Source of the DNA: Escherichia phage SSBS18_WS_10_728
Strand: one strand, 5' to 3'
Sequence record: MT322327.1
Length of the DNA stretch: 64,000 nucleotides
Below the pieces are notes generated by a model, which was given only the letters and a program-made list of their open reading frames with translations, was not told the origin of the DNA and did not search any database. Shown here piece by piece: positions 44,859 through 53,904 of the stretch. Every line of letters begins with the position of its first letter. The stretch's first letter is position 1. The translations under genes were made by a program, and so were the position numbers.

Positions 44859-45374
44859 TTTTGGATTCTCCAGTTTAGGAAGTGGGCTGGCTTGCCCGTC
44901 TGATGCAAATATTAAATAACCATAGTCAAAGAGTCAATAGGAATTTTAAAAATATTTTTGCAAAAAAAAAAAAAACTGTAATGAAACGGGCGCACGCGAC
45001 TACCACAAAACAGAACTACAATCAAGAATTATTTTTCAATCCGCTACAAATTTTTCTGTTGACTTTTATTTTCAGATGTGGTAGCCTTGTGAGAAATGGC
45101 GACATCCCCACCTGCACCCACCTACCTGCACAATTCTAAAATGATTTTTCTTGCCCGACCTGAGCGGGGTCTGCACGTTTTGAAAATAAAAAAGCTCTTT
45201 GGAGATTATCTGCACAGTTTGAAAATGAATTTTCTCTTTGGAGTTCAAAATTTTCTCTACAGATTTCTCTACAGAACTCTACCTGCACAATTCTAAAATG
45301 AAAAAGCCCTCCTTACCTGAAAAATTTACCAGATAAGAAAGGCTTAGTCTATTGTGAATATTATACAGATTTTC
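44859..45374. promoter_or_regulatory. repeat-rich intergenic control region
   Basis: A14 homopolymer at 44962-44975; 21 bp direct repeat ACCTGCACAATTCTAAAATGA at ~45124 and ~45280; CTGCAC, TTTGAAAAT, CTCTTTGGAG, TTCTCTACAGA short repeats. Confidence 0.45.
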
Positions 45375-46160
45375 TTAGTTCTTTGCGCCTAAAAAGGTAA
45401 CTTCTGGTGAAGAGAAAATTTCCTCAACATTCTCATCAGTTCTTGCATAGATATATGTGTCTGCATCACTGCCAAATGTTACTGCAATTCTGTGATTGCT
45501 CTTCGACAGGTGGGTAACTAGAGCGTTACTTAGAGACATCTTTTCAACCGGAGGGTTACTTTGATGTATCTCGCCTTTTCTTCGTCTGAAGAGGGTAACT
45601 GCATCATCAGTGAACGTTACTACACCTGCAAAGTATTCTGGTTCACAGTAGTTCTTCCAACCTGAGCGTAACTTGTGGTACATCTCCCCTTCGTAGACAT
45701 ACAGATACACATCTACACTCTTCATCACCTGATTAATGATAACGGTAACGGCTTGAGGGTCCAGTCCACCGATACCTGCACCAATCATAGGTAACCCAAC
45801 TTTCTTCAACTGATTCACTTCACAGTATCTGTTAAACTGTTTCAAAGATGACTCTAAAGCACTGTATCGAGCATCTTTACCAGTCTTAAGCTGAGTGTAA
45901 AGGTTAGCTATACGGCCTTGTTTTAAACGTGCTACAGAGAAATTGCCTAGTAAATTCTCACAGGGCTTGTGGCCTATTCCACCTGCATACAGATAAACTT
46001 CTGTATCAGTCTCATATGCTTTTGGGTAAAGTTTAGAAATCTTGTCAGCGATACCTGCACCCATTAAGTTCATACAGTTGCAACCGTGACCGATGACGTC
46101 AAACTTACCTTTATCAAATGCTGCAAAGATATCACCATTGATAATTTTTACAATACCCAT
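45375..46160 (-). CDS. macrodomain protein, TARG1/DarG-like
   Basis: 261 aa; N-terminal GDIF...DVIGHGCNCMNLMGAGIA resembles TARG1/OARD1-type macrodomain signature. Confidence 0.55.
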   Translation of the reverse strand: MGIVKIINGDIFAAFDKGKFDVIGHGCNCMNLMGAGIADKISKLYPKAYETDTEVYLYAGGIGHKPCENLLGNFSVARLKQGRIANLYTQLKTGKDARYSALESSLKQFNRYCEVNQLKKVGLPMIGAGIGGLDPQAVTVIINQVMKSVDVYLYVYEGEMYHKLRSGWKNYCEPEYFAGVVTFTDDAVTLFRRRKGEIHQSNPPVEKMSLSNALVTHLSKSNHRIAVTFGSDADTYIYARTDENVEEIFSSPEVTFLGAKN

Positions 46161-46397
46161 TTAGCATCTCTCCCAAGATTCTTTATCTTCTGAAGGTTTT
46201 ACACGTTGCCCTTCGTGGTCTACCCAGATACATCCACAACCTTCACAGATTACTGGCATTGCATAGCCAGCTTTAAAGTCATCTTCAGTGATAAGACCTT
46301 TTAAGTCCCCTGTATCACGTCCGAACATTTCGATAGCACAGTCTTTGCAGAAATCAGCCATGAATAATTGCCTCTTGAGTGATGATACCTTTACCAC
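46161..46397 (-). CDS. small Cys-rich zinc-ribbon-like protein
   Basis: 78 aa; CKDC ... CEGCGC cysteine pairs. Confidence 0.4.
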   Translation of the reverse strand: MVKVSSLKRQLFMADFCKDCAIEMFGRDTGDLKGLITEDDFKAGYAMPVICEGCGCIWVDHEGQRVKPSEDKESWERC

Positions 46398-46587
46398 AGC
46401 GACTTTTAAAATCTTCTAATGGTTCAGATATGAAGCCACGTAAACGGTCACTGAATTTACGTTTTAAACCCTTCTTATAAGTTAACACATCTTCCCCTGC
46501 AAACGGAACGACTTCATCTCTCCCTATGAATACTGCTGAACGTACAATCTTGCGGGTCTTTTTATCTCTGGCTAGTATTACTTTCAT
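46354..46587 (-). CDS. hypothetical small protein
   Basis: 77 aa ORF; overlaps downstream gene by 44 nt, start uncertain. Confidence 0.3.
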   Translation of the reverse strand: MKVILARDKKTRKIVRSAVFIGRDEVVPFAGEDVLTYKKGLKRKFSDRLRGFISEPLEDFKSRCGKGIITQEAIIHG

Positions 46588-46927
46588 AGTTTACCTTCTC
46601 AGTTAGCTCATACAAGTCAACATGCTCAATGCTATCAATGTTGATACCAATCTTTTTGAAGCGTTCTATCACTTCGTTGTCAGTCATCCATATCAGACAC
46701 CAATGATTGTGGATGGATTCTTCAAGGAGGTCAACACAATCTTTAAAAGTTTTTGTATCACTCCTTGTTCCGACTACTGCGATTGTTCCATACAACCACT
46801 TACCATTACCATAAGATACTTGTGCTACGCCAACTTCTTTATCTTTCTCGTAGTAAACGGCTACAAAGTCTCTTCCATTAATCTGCATTTGTAAGTTCCT
46901 CTGTTGGTAATTCACCATTTTCAGCAA
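46562..46927 (-). CDS. hypothetical protein
   Basis: 121 aa ORF. Confidence 0.4.
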   Translation of the reverse strand: MLKMVNYQQRNLQMQINGRDFVAVYYEKDKEVGVAQVSYGNGKWLYGTIAVVGTRSDTKTFKDCVDLLEESIHNHWCLIWMTDNEVIERFKKIGINIDSIEHVDLYELTEKVNYESNTSQR

Positions 46928-47192
46928 AGTACTGAAGGTATGGCAATAACTCTTTCACCTGTTCTTGGCTGAGCTTCATTCTTTGGTTACCTACAAAATC
47001 TTTGCCTACTAATGATGGGATATCAAGTGTTTTCCAGCCACCATCTAGGTACTGAACAGAGACCTCTTTAGCACCTAGCCAAATACATGGTTCATATGAT
47101 GAACTCTCTTGTAAAGTACAAATTTCCCCTTTAGCATCTTTAAATTCTGCATAAGAAAATCCACGATTGGTTGACTGGAATTGCATAATCAT
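46878..47192 (-). CDS. hypothetical protein
   Basis: 104 aa ORF. Confidence 0.4.
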   Translation of the reverse strand: MIMQFQSTNRGFSYAEFKDAKGEICTLQESSSYEPCIWLGAKEVSVQYLDGGWKTLDIPSLVGKDFVGNQRMKLSQEQVKELLPYLQYFAENGELPTEELTNAD

Positions 47193-47458
47193 TTCCTCGT
47201 TTTAAGAACTGCTAAGATTTCTTTAGAATCTGGTAAGAACCATGTGTAGTGATTCTCTTTGATTTCTGGATGAGTGTCAACCTTTATTTTGAACTCTTTA
47301 CCAACATGCTTAAGCTGTGCTGTGACACCTTGCATAAAGATATGACACATCACGTTATCCATAATGGTTGGTGAGAAATCAACCCGCATATAAGTTTCTT
47401 TTGGTCGTGGTAGCAGTAAGTACCCTTCTACATAGAAAGTGTCTTCGCTCTCTGTCAT
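47189..47458 (-). CDS. hypothetical protein
   Basis: 89 aa ORF. Confidence 0.4.
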   Translation of the reverse strand: MTESEDTFYVEGYLLLPRPKETYMRVDFSPTIMDNVMCHIFMQGVTAQLKHVGKEFKIKVDTHPEIKENHYTWFLPDSKEILAVLKTRK

Positions 47459-47724
47459 TGCTGTTTATTCCCTAATAAAATCATGTCAATAAGGTTATTA
47501 GCTTTTATTGTGCACTGATAAAAACCATCACGATAAAACTCAAGGGCTGCTGCCACATCACTACCAGTATTACCTTTGACGGTGAATCTTGATTCTTCTT
47601 GTGTGTACTTATCACTCTCACTTACTTGGGAGTTTTTGAATGTACTGTTCACTTTGTTCGTTGAACACCCTGACATAGTTATCAGTAACACAAACATTAT
47701 AAAACTCTGGCTTAGTTTTTTCAT
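47455..47724 (-). CDS. putative o-spanin (outer-membrane lipoprotein, Rz1-like)
   Basis: 89 aa; lipoprotein signal MKKLSQSFIMFVLLITMSGC; start embedded in 3' end of preceding i-spanin-like gene. Confidence 0.5.
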   Translation of the reverse strand: MKKLSQSFIMFVLLITMSGCSTNKVNSTFKNSQVSESDKYTQEESRFTVKGNTGSDVAAALEFYRDGFYQCTIKANNLIDMILLGNKQQ

Positions 47725-47965
47725 ATGTTAGTACCTCTTTTGTATGCTTATTCTTAGCAAGCACATCTTTCAAATCATTTTTGTAATTGGTGCTGAGTGT
47801 GGCTAAACCTTCCTGATAAGCATCTTTGGCAACACTTATTAGTTTCTCATTATTTAGTTCAGTTTCAGCAACTTGGTAGTCTCTGTAAGAGTATCCTCCC
47901 CAGACACCTGCTCCAACTAAGAAAACAATTATGAAAGTAGCTTGACAGAACTCTTTAAATGTCAT
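47618..47965 (-). CDS. putative i-spanin (Rz-like)
   Basis: 115 aa; N-terminal TM helix FIIVFLVGAGVWGGY then charged helical region; overlaps lipoprotein gene. Confidence 0.5.
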   Translation of the reverse strand: MTFKEFCQATFIIVFLVGAGVWGGYSYRDYQVAETELNNEKLISVAKDAYQEGLATLSTNYKNDLKDVLAKNKHTKEVLTYEKTKPEFYNVCVTDNYVRVFNEQSEQYIQKLPSK

Positions 47966-47983
47966 TTAACAATCTCCTGAAAT

Positions 47984-48005
47984 GAAAAAGGCTCCCGAAG
48001 GAGCC
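47984..48005 (-). terminator. intrinsic terminator
   Basis: Hairpin GGCTCCTTCGGGAGCC followed by UUUUUCAUUUC on minus strand. Confidence 0.65.
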
Positions 48006-48017
48006 TGTATCTTAACC

Positions 48018-48482
48018 TTAACCGAGGACTTTAGCAAGGACATTTGCAGCCATCGAAGAAGCTTTTGCAGCAGCAGCTACCCCAGCTTTAATAGCGTTAT
48101 CCTTGATAGCAGATACCGTTGCAGCATCAGTAAAGAGATAAGTAGTTGTTTTAGAACCACTTGTAAAGGAAAGCATAAGAGCAGTTTCCAGATTGAAAGA
48201 GCGATACGGAGCACCTTCTTTAACGATACCTTCAGCACCTAACTCTGAAGCCATACCCATATCATAGATAGTCATCAGGTTTTCTTTGTGTGCAGTCGTT
48301 GAGCCAGCACCTTTGACGTGTTTCTTAACATTAAGAAGAGCACGGTATTCTCGGATGTTACCATCTGCTTTTACATTGACAGCACGGAAGATTTTACCCT
48401 CAAAGTTGCTTTTGATAATGTTACGAACTACTTCAGATTTGTTTGCCGTAACGTCCAGTGCTACCGTAATGATATTGTTCAT
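48018..48482 (-). CDS. hypothetical protein
   Basis: 154 aa ORF followed by strong terminator; Ala-rich C-terminus. Confidence 0.4.
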   Translation of the reverse strand: MNNIITVALDVTANKSEVVRNIIKSNFEGKIFRAVNVKADGNIREYRALLNVKKHVKGAGSTTAHKENLMTIYDMGMASELGAEGIVKEGAPYRSFNLETALMLSFTSGSKTTTYLFTDAATVSAIKDNAIKAGVAAAAKASSMAANVLAKVLG

Positions 48483-48492
48483 AAGTTTTCTC

Positions 48493-49188
48493 TCAATGTT
48501 TTACTAACATAGTTTTAATGTGCGGAAGGATTCTGTTTACCTTCTGAACATTCTTCTCTGTATCTTCTATAAAACATACTATATTAAAGTAAGGAAGAAT
48601 GCAAGACTGAATCATCCTGACTTTCAAACTTTCTGCATTTATAGAGTTAGTTCCAAAACCACGCATAAAAAGCATGTAATCGTGCTCTATGTTATGCCTT
48701 AAAAACATCTCAGTAGGTATTCTCTGAGATTCACCTCTCGCTGTCAAGAGTCCAATGGCAGCGTGATTAGCAATTGCATCAATAATACTAAAAACATACG
48801 TTGGTTTTGCTCTTACAGAGTCAAGAAGATTAGTGTACTGTGAGAATGACCCATCAGTCAATTCCGTTGAGCAATCTTCGTGATTAAAATTTGTAAGAAC
48901 ACCATCAATATCTGCTAAGATGAGGTTACCTTTTTCTACAAGGTCTTTATTGACTATGACTAAACTGTCACGTCTTACACCTATAGATTGTCCAGTCTCT
49001 TTGTCCACAACGTTCACAATTGGTTCTGATGTGTGGAACTCTTCAAGTGAACATACAACCTCTCTTGCAGTGTCTTCAAAATCCCTGCACTGTTCTGGAG
49101 TCCATATACAGGAATCAAGACCTAACTCATGAGGATGCAAGTCGTAAGCATGACACAGCACTTCATCAGACTTTCTTAATTTTTTCAT
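48493..49188 (-). CDS. HAD-superfamily phosphatase (putative nucleotidase)
   Basis: 231 aa; HAD motif I LILADIDGVLTN. Confidence 0.5.
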   Translation of the reverse strand: MKKLRKSDEVLCHAYDLHPHELGLDSCIWTPEQCRDFEDTAREVVCSLEEFHTSEPIVNVVDKETGQSIGVRRDSLVIVNKDLVEKGNLILADIDGVLTNFNHEDCSTELTDGSFSQYTNLLDSVRAKPTYVFSIIDAIANHAAIGLLTARGESQRIPTEMFLRHNIEHDYMLFMRGFGTNSINAESLKVRMIQSCILPYFNIVCFIEDTEKNVQKVNRILPHIKTMLVKH

Positions 49189-49714
49189 GATTTACCTTAG
49201 AAATGTTTGTTGCAAATTCACATTGAGCGATGACTTTCATATTGTTATAGACATCTTGAGAGTATTTCTTAGCTTTAGGAATTTTGTACGAGTACCCAGC
49301 ATTATATGATGCTAAAACTTTTTGTAAAGTCTTCTTTGACTTTGGTTGACCGTGTACCTTAGTCCAAAATTCAAGCTCTTTGTGTGTTTCCTTTGCAGCA
49401 TAGTCAAAATCTTTTAAGAGTTTCTTTTTAGCCACATTAGGACTAATTTTGTTACGCTTTACAACAGTCTTCAAGTGATTCTGGAAAATACCATAGTCAT
49501 GGGTCTTTTTATTCTCTACCTTCAGACCTAACTCTGACTCTTGTAAGGCTATAGCTGCTAGAGTGATACCCCAGCCTTTGCCCATGTTGTTCTCACCATA
49601 CTGGTAAGCCTTTAACATGTTAACTTTTTGGCTAATTGATAGCTCTGGGCAGTCAACTGCATAAGCTAATTGTGCTGTAAACATTAAGCACAAACCTAGA
49701 ATCAATTTCTTCAT
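49166..49714 (-). CDS. secreted lytic transglycosylase-like protein (putative)
   Basis: 182 aa; signal peptide MKKLILGLCLMFTAQLAYA; SLT-like AAIALQESELG ... YGIFQ. Confidence 0.4.
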   Translation of the reverse strand: MKKLILGLCLMFTAQLAYAVDCPELSISQKVNMLKAYQYGENNMGKGWGITLAAIALQESELGLKVENKKTHDYGIFQNHLKTVVKRNKISPNVAKKKLLKDFDYAAKETHKELEFWTKVHGQPKSKKTLQKVLASYNAGYSYKIPKAKKYSQDVYNNMKVIAQCEFATNISKVNHEKIKKV

Positions 49715-49774
49715 TGGTTCTCCTGTTTAGTTTATCGTGACAACAATTATACAGCACTCTGCACAAAATACAAA

Positions 49775-49803
49775 TAAAAAAGGCCGCCGAAGCAGCCTTT
49801 TAA
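49775..49803. terminator. bidirectional terminator-like hairpin
   Basis: Hairpin AGGCCGC-CGAA-GCAGCCT flanked by A-run and T-run. Confidence 0.45.
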
Positions 49804-49814
49804 GAAATTACTTA

Positions 49815-50924
49815 TTAGATTTCACGTTTACGTTGAGAGATGAGTTCACCAGCAGTACCAACGATGACATGCAAAGCTTCAGTCTTACCATCCCATGCTT
49901 TCAGCACTTTACGTTGATTATCAACGATTGCTGCAACTTCATAACGAGAGGAACGCATCTTCATATCGTTGTAATCAGTTGGAACAGATACAACATCTCG
50001 TGGATGGACACGAACCTTCAGGATGGTATCACCTGAGAAGCAACGAACATAATCCCAAGCACCAACATGAAGACCTTGAGAGCAAGTTACGTTACGGTTG
50101 TTATCAACCATCCAACGTGGCATCTCTACAATGTTACCCAAATCATTAGGTACTTTGTAGGTGTGAGAGTCAACCAGCTTGCCTTCACGAGTAGAGACTT
50201 TCTTCCAACCAATGATATAGCCTTCTTCATCAATTTCAACATCAAGGTGTGATACAAATACCCAAAGTTGTTCTACAGAATCTTTAGATGGGTTTTCCAT
50301 CAGTTTTTCGAAGAACATTACAAGTCGTTCAAAACCTTTATCACCAGTTTTCATCATATGAAGAATACGGTCAACCAGAGTAGAACGCATCTCAACAGCA
50401 CCGTAGAAGAGCTTGTCACCTTTGATTGTGATAGCACCCTGAGTGAAGTTTTCGATAGACTTACGAATGTTCATCAGTTCAAATGCTTTCTTGAACTCAC
50501 CTTTCACAACATGAACTACAATCTCTTGATAGTTCGGATGAGTAGACTCAACAATTTCAGATTCTGAACCGTAAGTCATAATTACAGAGTCACCAGTAAT
50601 CATGTACTCAATCTTGTCATCTTTCTGCATAGCTTCATGCAGTTTATTTACTGGAGCTTTCTGTACAGCATCTTTAACGGCCTTTTCAACTGGTTTGCCA
50701 GCTTTCTTTTTAACTGACTTAGCAACTTGCTTTAAGGTCTTCTTAGCTGGTGTAGAAGTCACCTTCTTCTTACCTTTTAAGGTTGCTTCATGACGCTCTA
50801 CAGCACGACCAACTGAACGGGTTGAAGTATTGAACTTCTGTGCAATAGCTGTTTTAGTCAGCTTACCTTCTTTAACCAGTTCGTAAATTTCTGCGTCAAT
50901 CTGTGCTTTAGTTTTAGTAGTCAT
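49815..50924 (-). CDS. rIIB-like protein (putative)
   Basis: 369 aa ORF immediately downstream of rIIA-like GHKL ATPase gene; N-terminal HTH-like segment; assignment by synteny. Confidence 0.45.
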   Translation of the reverse strand: MTTKTKAQIDAEIYELVKEGKLTKTAIAQKFNTSTRSVGRAVERHEATLKGKKKVTSTPAKKTLKQVAKSVKKKAGKPVEKAVKDAVQKAPVNKLHEAMQKDDKIEYMITGDSVIMTYGSESEIVESTHPNYQEIVVHVVKGEFKKAFELMNIRKSIENFTQGAITIKGDKLFYGAVEMRSTLVDRILHMMKTGDKGFERLVMFFEKLMENPSKDSVEQLWVFVSHLDVEIDEEGYIIGWKKVSTREGKLVDSHTYKVPNDLGNIVEMPRWMVDNNRNVTCSQGLHVGAWDYVRCFSGDTILKVRVHPRDVVSVPTDYNDMKMRSSRYEVAAIVDNQRKVLKAWDGKTEALHVIVGTAGELISQRKREI

Positions 50925-51003
50925 CTTATTACTCTCTCTTGTTAGTTAATAAATCATTTTGTAAGGCTATTCTAAGGGGCTTTGAAGCCCCTTGTCAAAC
51001 ACT

Positions 51004-53370
51004 TTAATCGTAAATTGTAGTCCCTTCTGGAACACACTTCACATCAAAGCCTAAGAACTTACTCACTTCGATGGGTGACACTTTATTCCAATCTAAATGA
51101 GAAAGCAAGAAGTTTTCTTGTTTTCTTTTTGAAAGGTAGTTTGTCACCTTAATGACCATACGGTCACCAGCTTTCTTAATTTTCTTGTACAGCTTTGTAT
51201 CGTTGTCAAGGCAGTCTTTCAAAGTTTGCAATCTACTAATAGTGTAAGTGTATGCAAACGGTGCAGCAACGTATTGGATTTTACCAAACATTGCCTCAAC
51301 AGCGTCTTCATTGCCTTCTAAGAAGATAGTTTTGTTTGTGTCTCGTGAATAGCAATAGCCACGAGAAATCTTCCTGTTATTGAACGTAAAGTTTCTGGCA
51401 ATAATCCAACTGCTTGTAAGGTCAAGGACACCATTCATATAGATACGTGTCATATATCTGTTATGGTTAATCCAGTGAACATCAGTTAAGCTGTCGTTCA
51501 AGAGCTTCTCATCTACTTCAATCCAGTCTTCTGGTATCTTTTTCCAATTTGCTTTTCGGAAAACATAGACTGTCTTTCCAATGACATTGGCAACTGACTT
51601 AGCTACATCATCTGGAGATGAGCAAAAACATTCACCATCAACAGTATCACCTACTGCCTTGATATAAAGTTGAGGCTCTTCAATTGTGTCTAAGTCTTCT
51701 GACACCTCTGTGTATGAGGCTACACCTTCTGCTGGAACAGCTTTCCAGAGTTTTACAACACCTCTTACAGCTTCTTTACGCTGATAATGGTGTTCCTTAT
51801 CAGACATCTTCACAATCTTTAACAAGCTTTTATCAAGTTTGTGCAGATTGATTAAGTCGTCTAACTCTTTCTCAGTAGAGAATACAAAGACAATACCGTT
51901 GTATCTGTGAAACAGATTTGACTCACTGGCATAGTCTCGACATGCACCACGCAAGATTTGATTGCGTCCTACAGTCTTCTCAGTACCATTTTTATTGCGA
52001 CGGTCATTGATAACAAACAAAAACTGTTCAATTTGGCTTTTACGCATTGCGCCAAAGATATTGAACATACTTGCCTCTTGAGTGTAGGAAAGTGATGTTG
52101 CACGAATCTTACTCTCTAAAGAGTTGAACTTGACATAAGCAACTGGGTCATAAAGATAATCTACTTTAGGGATATTGTTCCCGTTCCTATCAACCTTAAT
52201 ATTACCTTTACCGTCACGTTCATAAATGACTGAGCCGTCTTCTGCGTAGATAATTCCACGACGAATGTTTAGTAATTCTTCTTCCAGAGAATCAAGCTTA
52301 ACACCACCCCACTCTAGCTTTGGACACACAGCATTAAACATCTCTCGTGAGTTCAAACGTAACTCAGCATAAGCCTGTGCAGCATCCATGAGTGTAGGTT
52401 GGTTATTAACTTTCTTGATAACATCCTTTGTAATTGCTTCGGTTATCTTTTTAGTAGCCTCAATGATAACATTTTTTGTCGTGTCATTCATCTGCAATGC
52501 TTCACGAGAAGCTGCAATAGCAACTGAACCAATAGGCATGTAGATGTTTACAAGGTCTACGCTCCTACGGAAAAATTCTGGCAAGACTTTGAAGAAATCA
52601 TCACCAAGTAATGCTTCCATATTAACAGGGTATGCAATGTTACCCATCACCACATTAAACTCTGTCCTATTAGCACCAGAACGCCAGCTTTGCTTATGAA
52701 TCATAGCATCGTAAACACCTTCTTCACGGGCAATGACGTTCATATCTGCTAGTACATCGTCATACTCGATATTACTTTCCGGTTTTACAGCAAAGTATGA
52801 GTATACGTGACCAGCTTCTTCAAAGAACTTTGAAATACGGTGGTCAGCAACTGCTACACGTACAGCTAAGCCATTTGGCTCTTTTGTTGGGTTAGTAGTA
52901 AGTTTAGTCACTTGAGGGATACCATTCTCAAGATAAACAGAGTACTTATTAACAACACCTCCAACATAGCTAGACACTGTGAATGACTGCGCAATTGCAA
53001 ATGGGGATTTTGAGCCGATACCCATTGCACCAATGTAGTCATTAGAGTCATTCTTCGTAGAAGCCCCGTAGTTTAGGTACAAACTCATAACTTTATCATG
53101 AGTCAATCCAGTTCCAAAATCACGAACTTCAAAGTAAGGCTCAAAACGAGTAGGTAAATGCACATGGAACGGGATGTTCTCTTTTCCAGCCTCTTTCTGA
53201 GCATCTACTGCGTTACATGACAGTTCACGAATCACTGCCCTTTCTTTAAAGGTATATACACCAGAACTTAAAAGGCTGAACATTTCAGGTGTCATTGTAA
53301 TCTGTGCTTGAGACGTCTCTAAAGAAGTTGAACTCTTAATCACTTCTGCGTGGTCGTTTACCATGCGCAT
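51004..53370 (-). CDS. rIIA-like protein with GHKL-type ATPase domain
   Basis: 788 aa; Bergerat-fold motifs ELSCNAVDA (N box) and DFGTGL (G1 box) at N-terminus. Confidence 0.6.
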   Translation of the reverse strand: MRMVNDHAEVIKSSTSLETSQAQITMTPEMFSLLSSGVYTFKERAVIRELSCNAVDAQKEAGKENIPFHVHLPTRFEPYFEVRDFGTGLTHDKVMSLYLNYGASTKNDSNDYIGAMGIGSKSPFAIAQSFTVSSYVGGVVNKYSVYLENGIPQVTKLTTNPTKEPNGLAVRVAVADHRISKFFEEAGHVYSYFAVKPESNIEYDDVLADMNVIAREEGVYDAMIHKQSWRSGANRTEFNVVMGNIAYPVNMEALLGDDFFKVLPEFFRRSVDLVNIYMPIGSVAIAASREALQMNDTTKNVIIEATKKITEAITKDVIKKVNNQPTLMDAAQAYAELRLNSREMFNAVCPKLEWGGVKLDSLEEELLNIRRGIIYAEDGSVIYERDGKGNIKVDRNGNNIPKVDYLYDPVAYVKFNSLESKIRATSLSYTQEASMFNIFGAMRKSQIEQFLFVINDRRNKNGTEKTVGRNQILRGACRDYASESNLFHRYNGIVFVFSTEKELDDLINLHKLDKSLLKIVKMSDKEHHYQRKEAVRGVVKLWKAVPAEGVASYTEVSEDLDTIEEPQLYIKAVGDTVDGECFCSSPDDVAKSVANVIGKTVYVFRKANWKKIPEDWIEVDEKLLNDSLTDVHWINHNRYMTRIYMNGVLDLTSSWIIARNFTFNNRKISRGYCYSRDTNKTIFLEGNEDAVEAMFGKIQYVAAPFAYTYTISRLQTLKDCLDNDTKLYKKIKKAGDRMVIKVTNYLSKRKQENFLLSHLDWNKVSPIEVSKFLGFDVKCVPEGTTIYD

Positions 53371-53418
53371 AATACTTTCCTCTTAGTTTACTGTTAAGTC
53401 ACTTATTAAACATTTTAC

Positions 53419-53575
53419 CAGAACCGCCACACATAGGGCAACAACCTGCTCTTGTATAACCTTCTCCATTACAGTAGTCACATTTTTTGTGCTCTGCATA
53501 GTACTTGCAAAGAAGGTAAACAAACACTGCTACACTACCAAGTGACAGTAAAATTTCTATCCAATACGCTTGCAT
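53419..53575 (-). CDS. small membrane-anchored zinc-finger protein (not in ORF track, below 60 aa)
   Basis: 52 aa by manual translation: MQAYWIEILLSLGSVAVFVYLLCKYYAEHKKCDYCNGEGYTRAGCCPMCGGSGKMFNK; TM helix plus two CxxCxGxG motifs. Confidence 0.3.
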
Positions 53576-53904
53576 GACTCACCTCTCATATTCTTGTAAA
53601 GGATAAAACTTCTGTCATGAACAATACTTGTAGACACTGCAAAATTACTTTCAAGCATCTGTTTGTTTGGATTGTAGAAGCTTTCTTTAAACTCGTCAAG
53701 TGCAAATTGGTGATTGTCTGGAAGACCTTTTACACAGACCTTTATTGTAATTGCTGCTGCAACCTTGCCAGTCAGTTCTTCTTTGGCTGCTACTAAGATT
53801 TTGTTAAGGAACTTATGACCATTTTCAGGCTTCTTGATGTTCTCCCAACGCTCTTCTAAGACAATATTGATGTTCATTTCTTTGATTTTCATAATTTTTA
53901 CCAA
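53557..53904 (-). CDS. hypothetical protein
   Basis: 115 aa ORF. Confidence 0.35.
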   Translation of the reverse strand: MVKIMKIKEMNINIVLEERWENIKKPENGHKFLNKILVAAKEELTGKVAAAITIKVCVKGLPDNHQFALDEFKESFYNPNKQMLESNFAVSTSIVHDRSFILYKNMRGESCKRIG

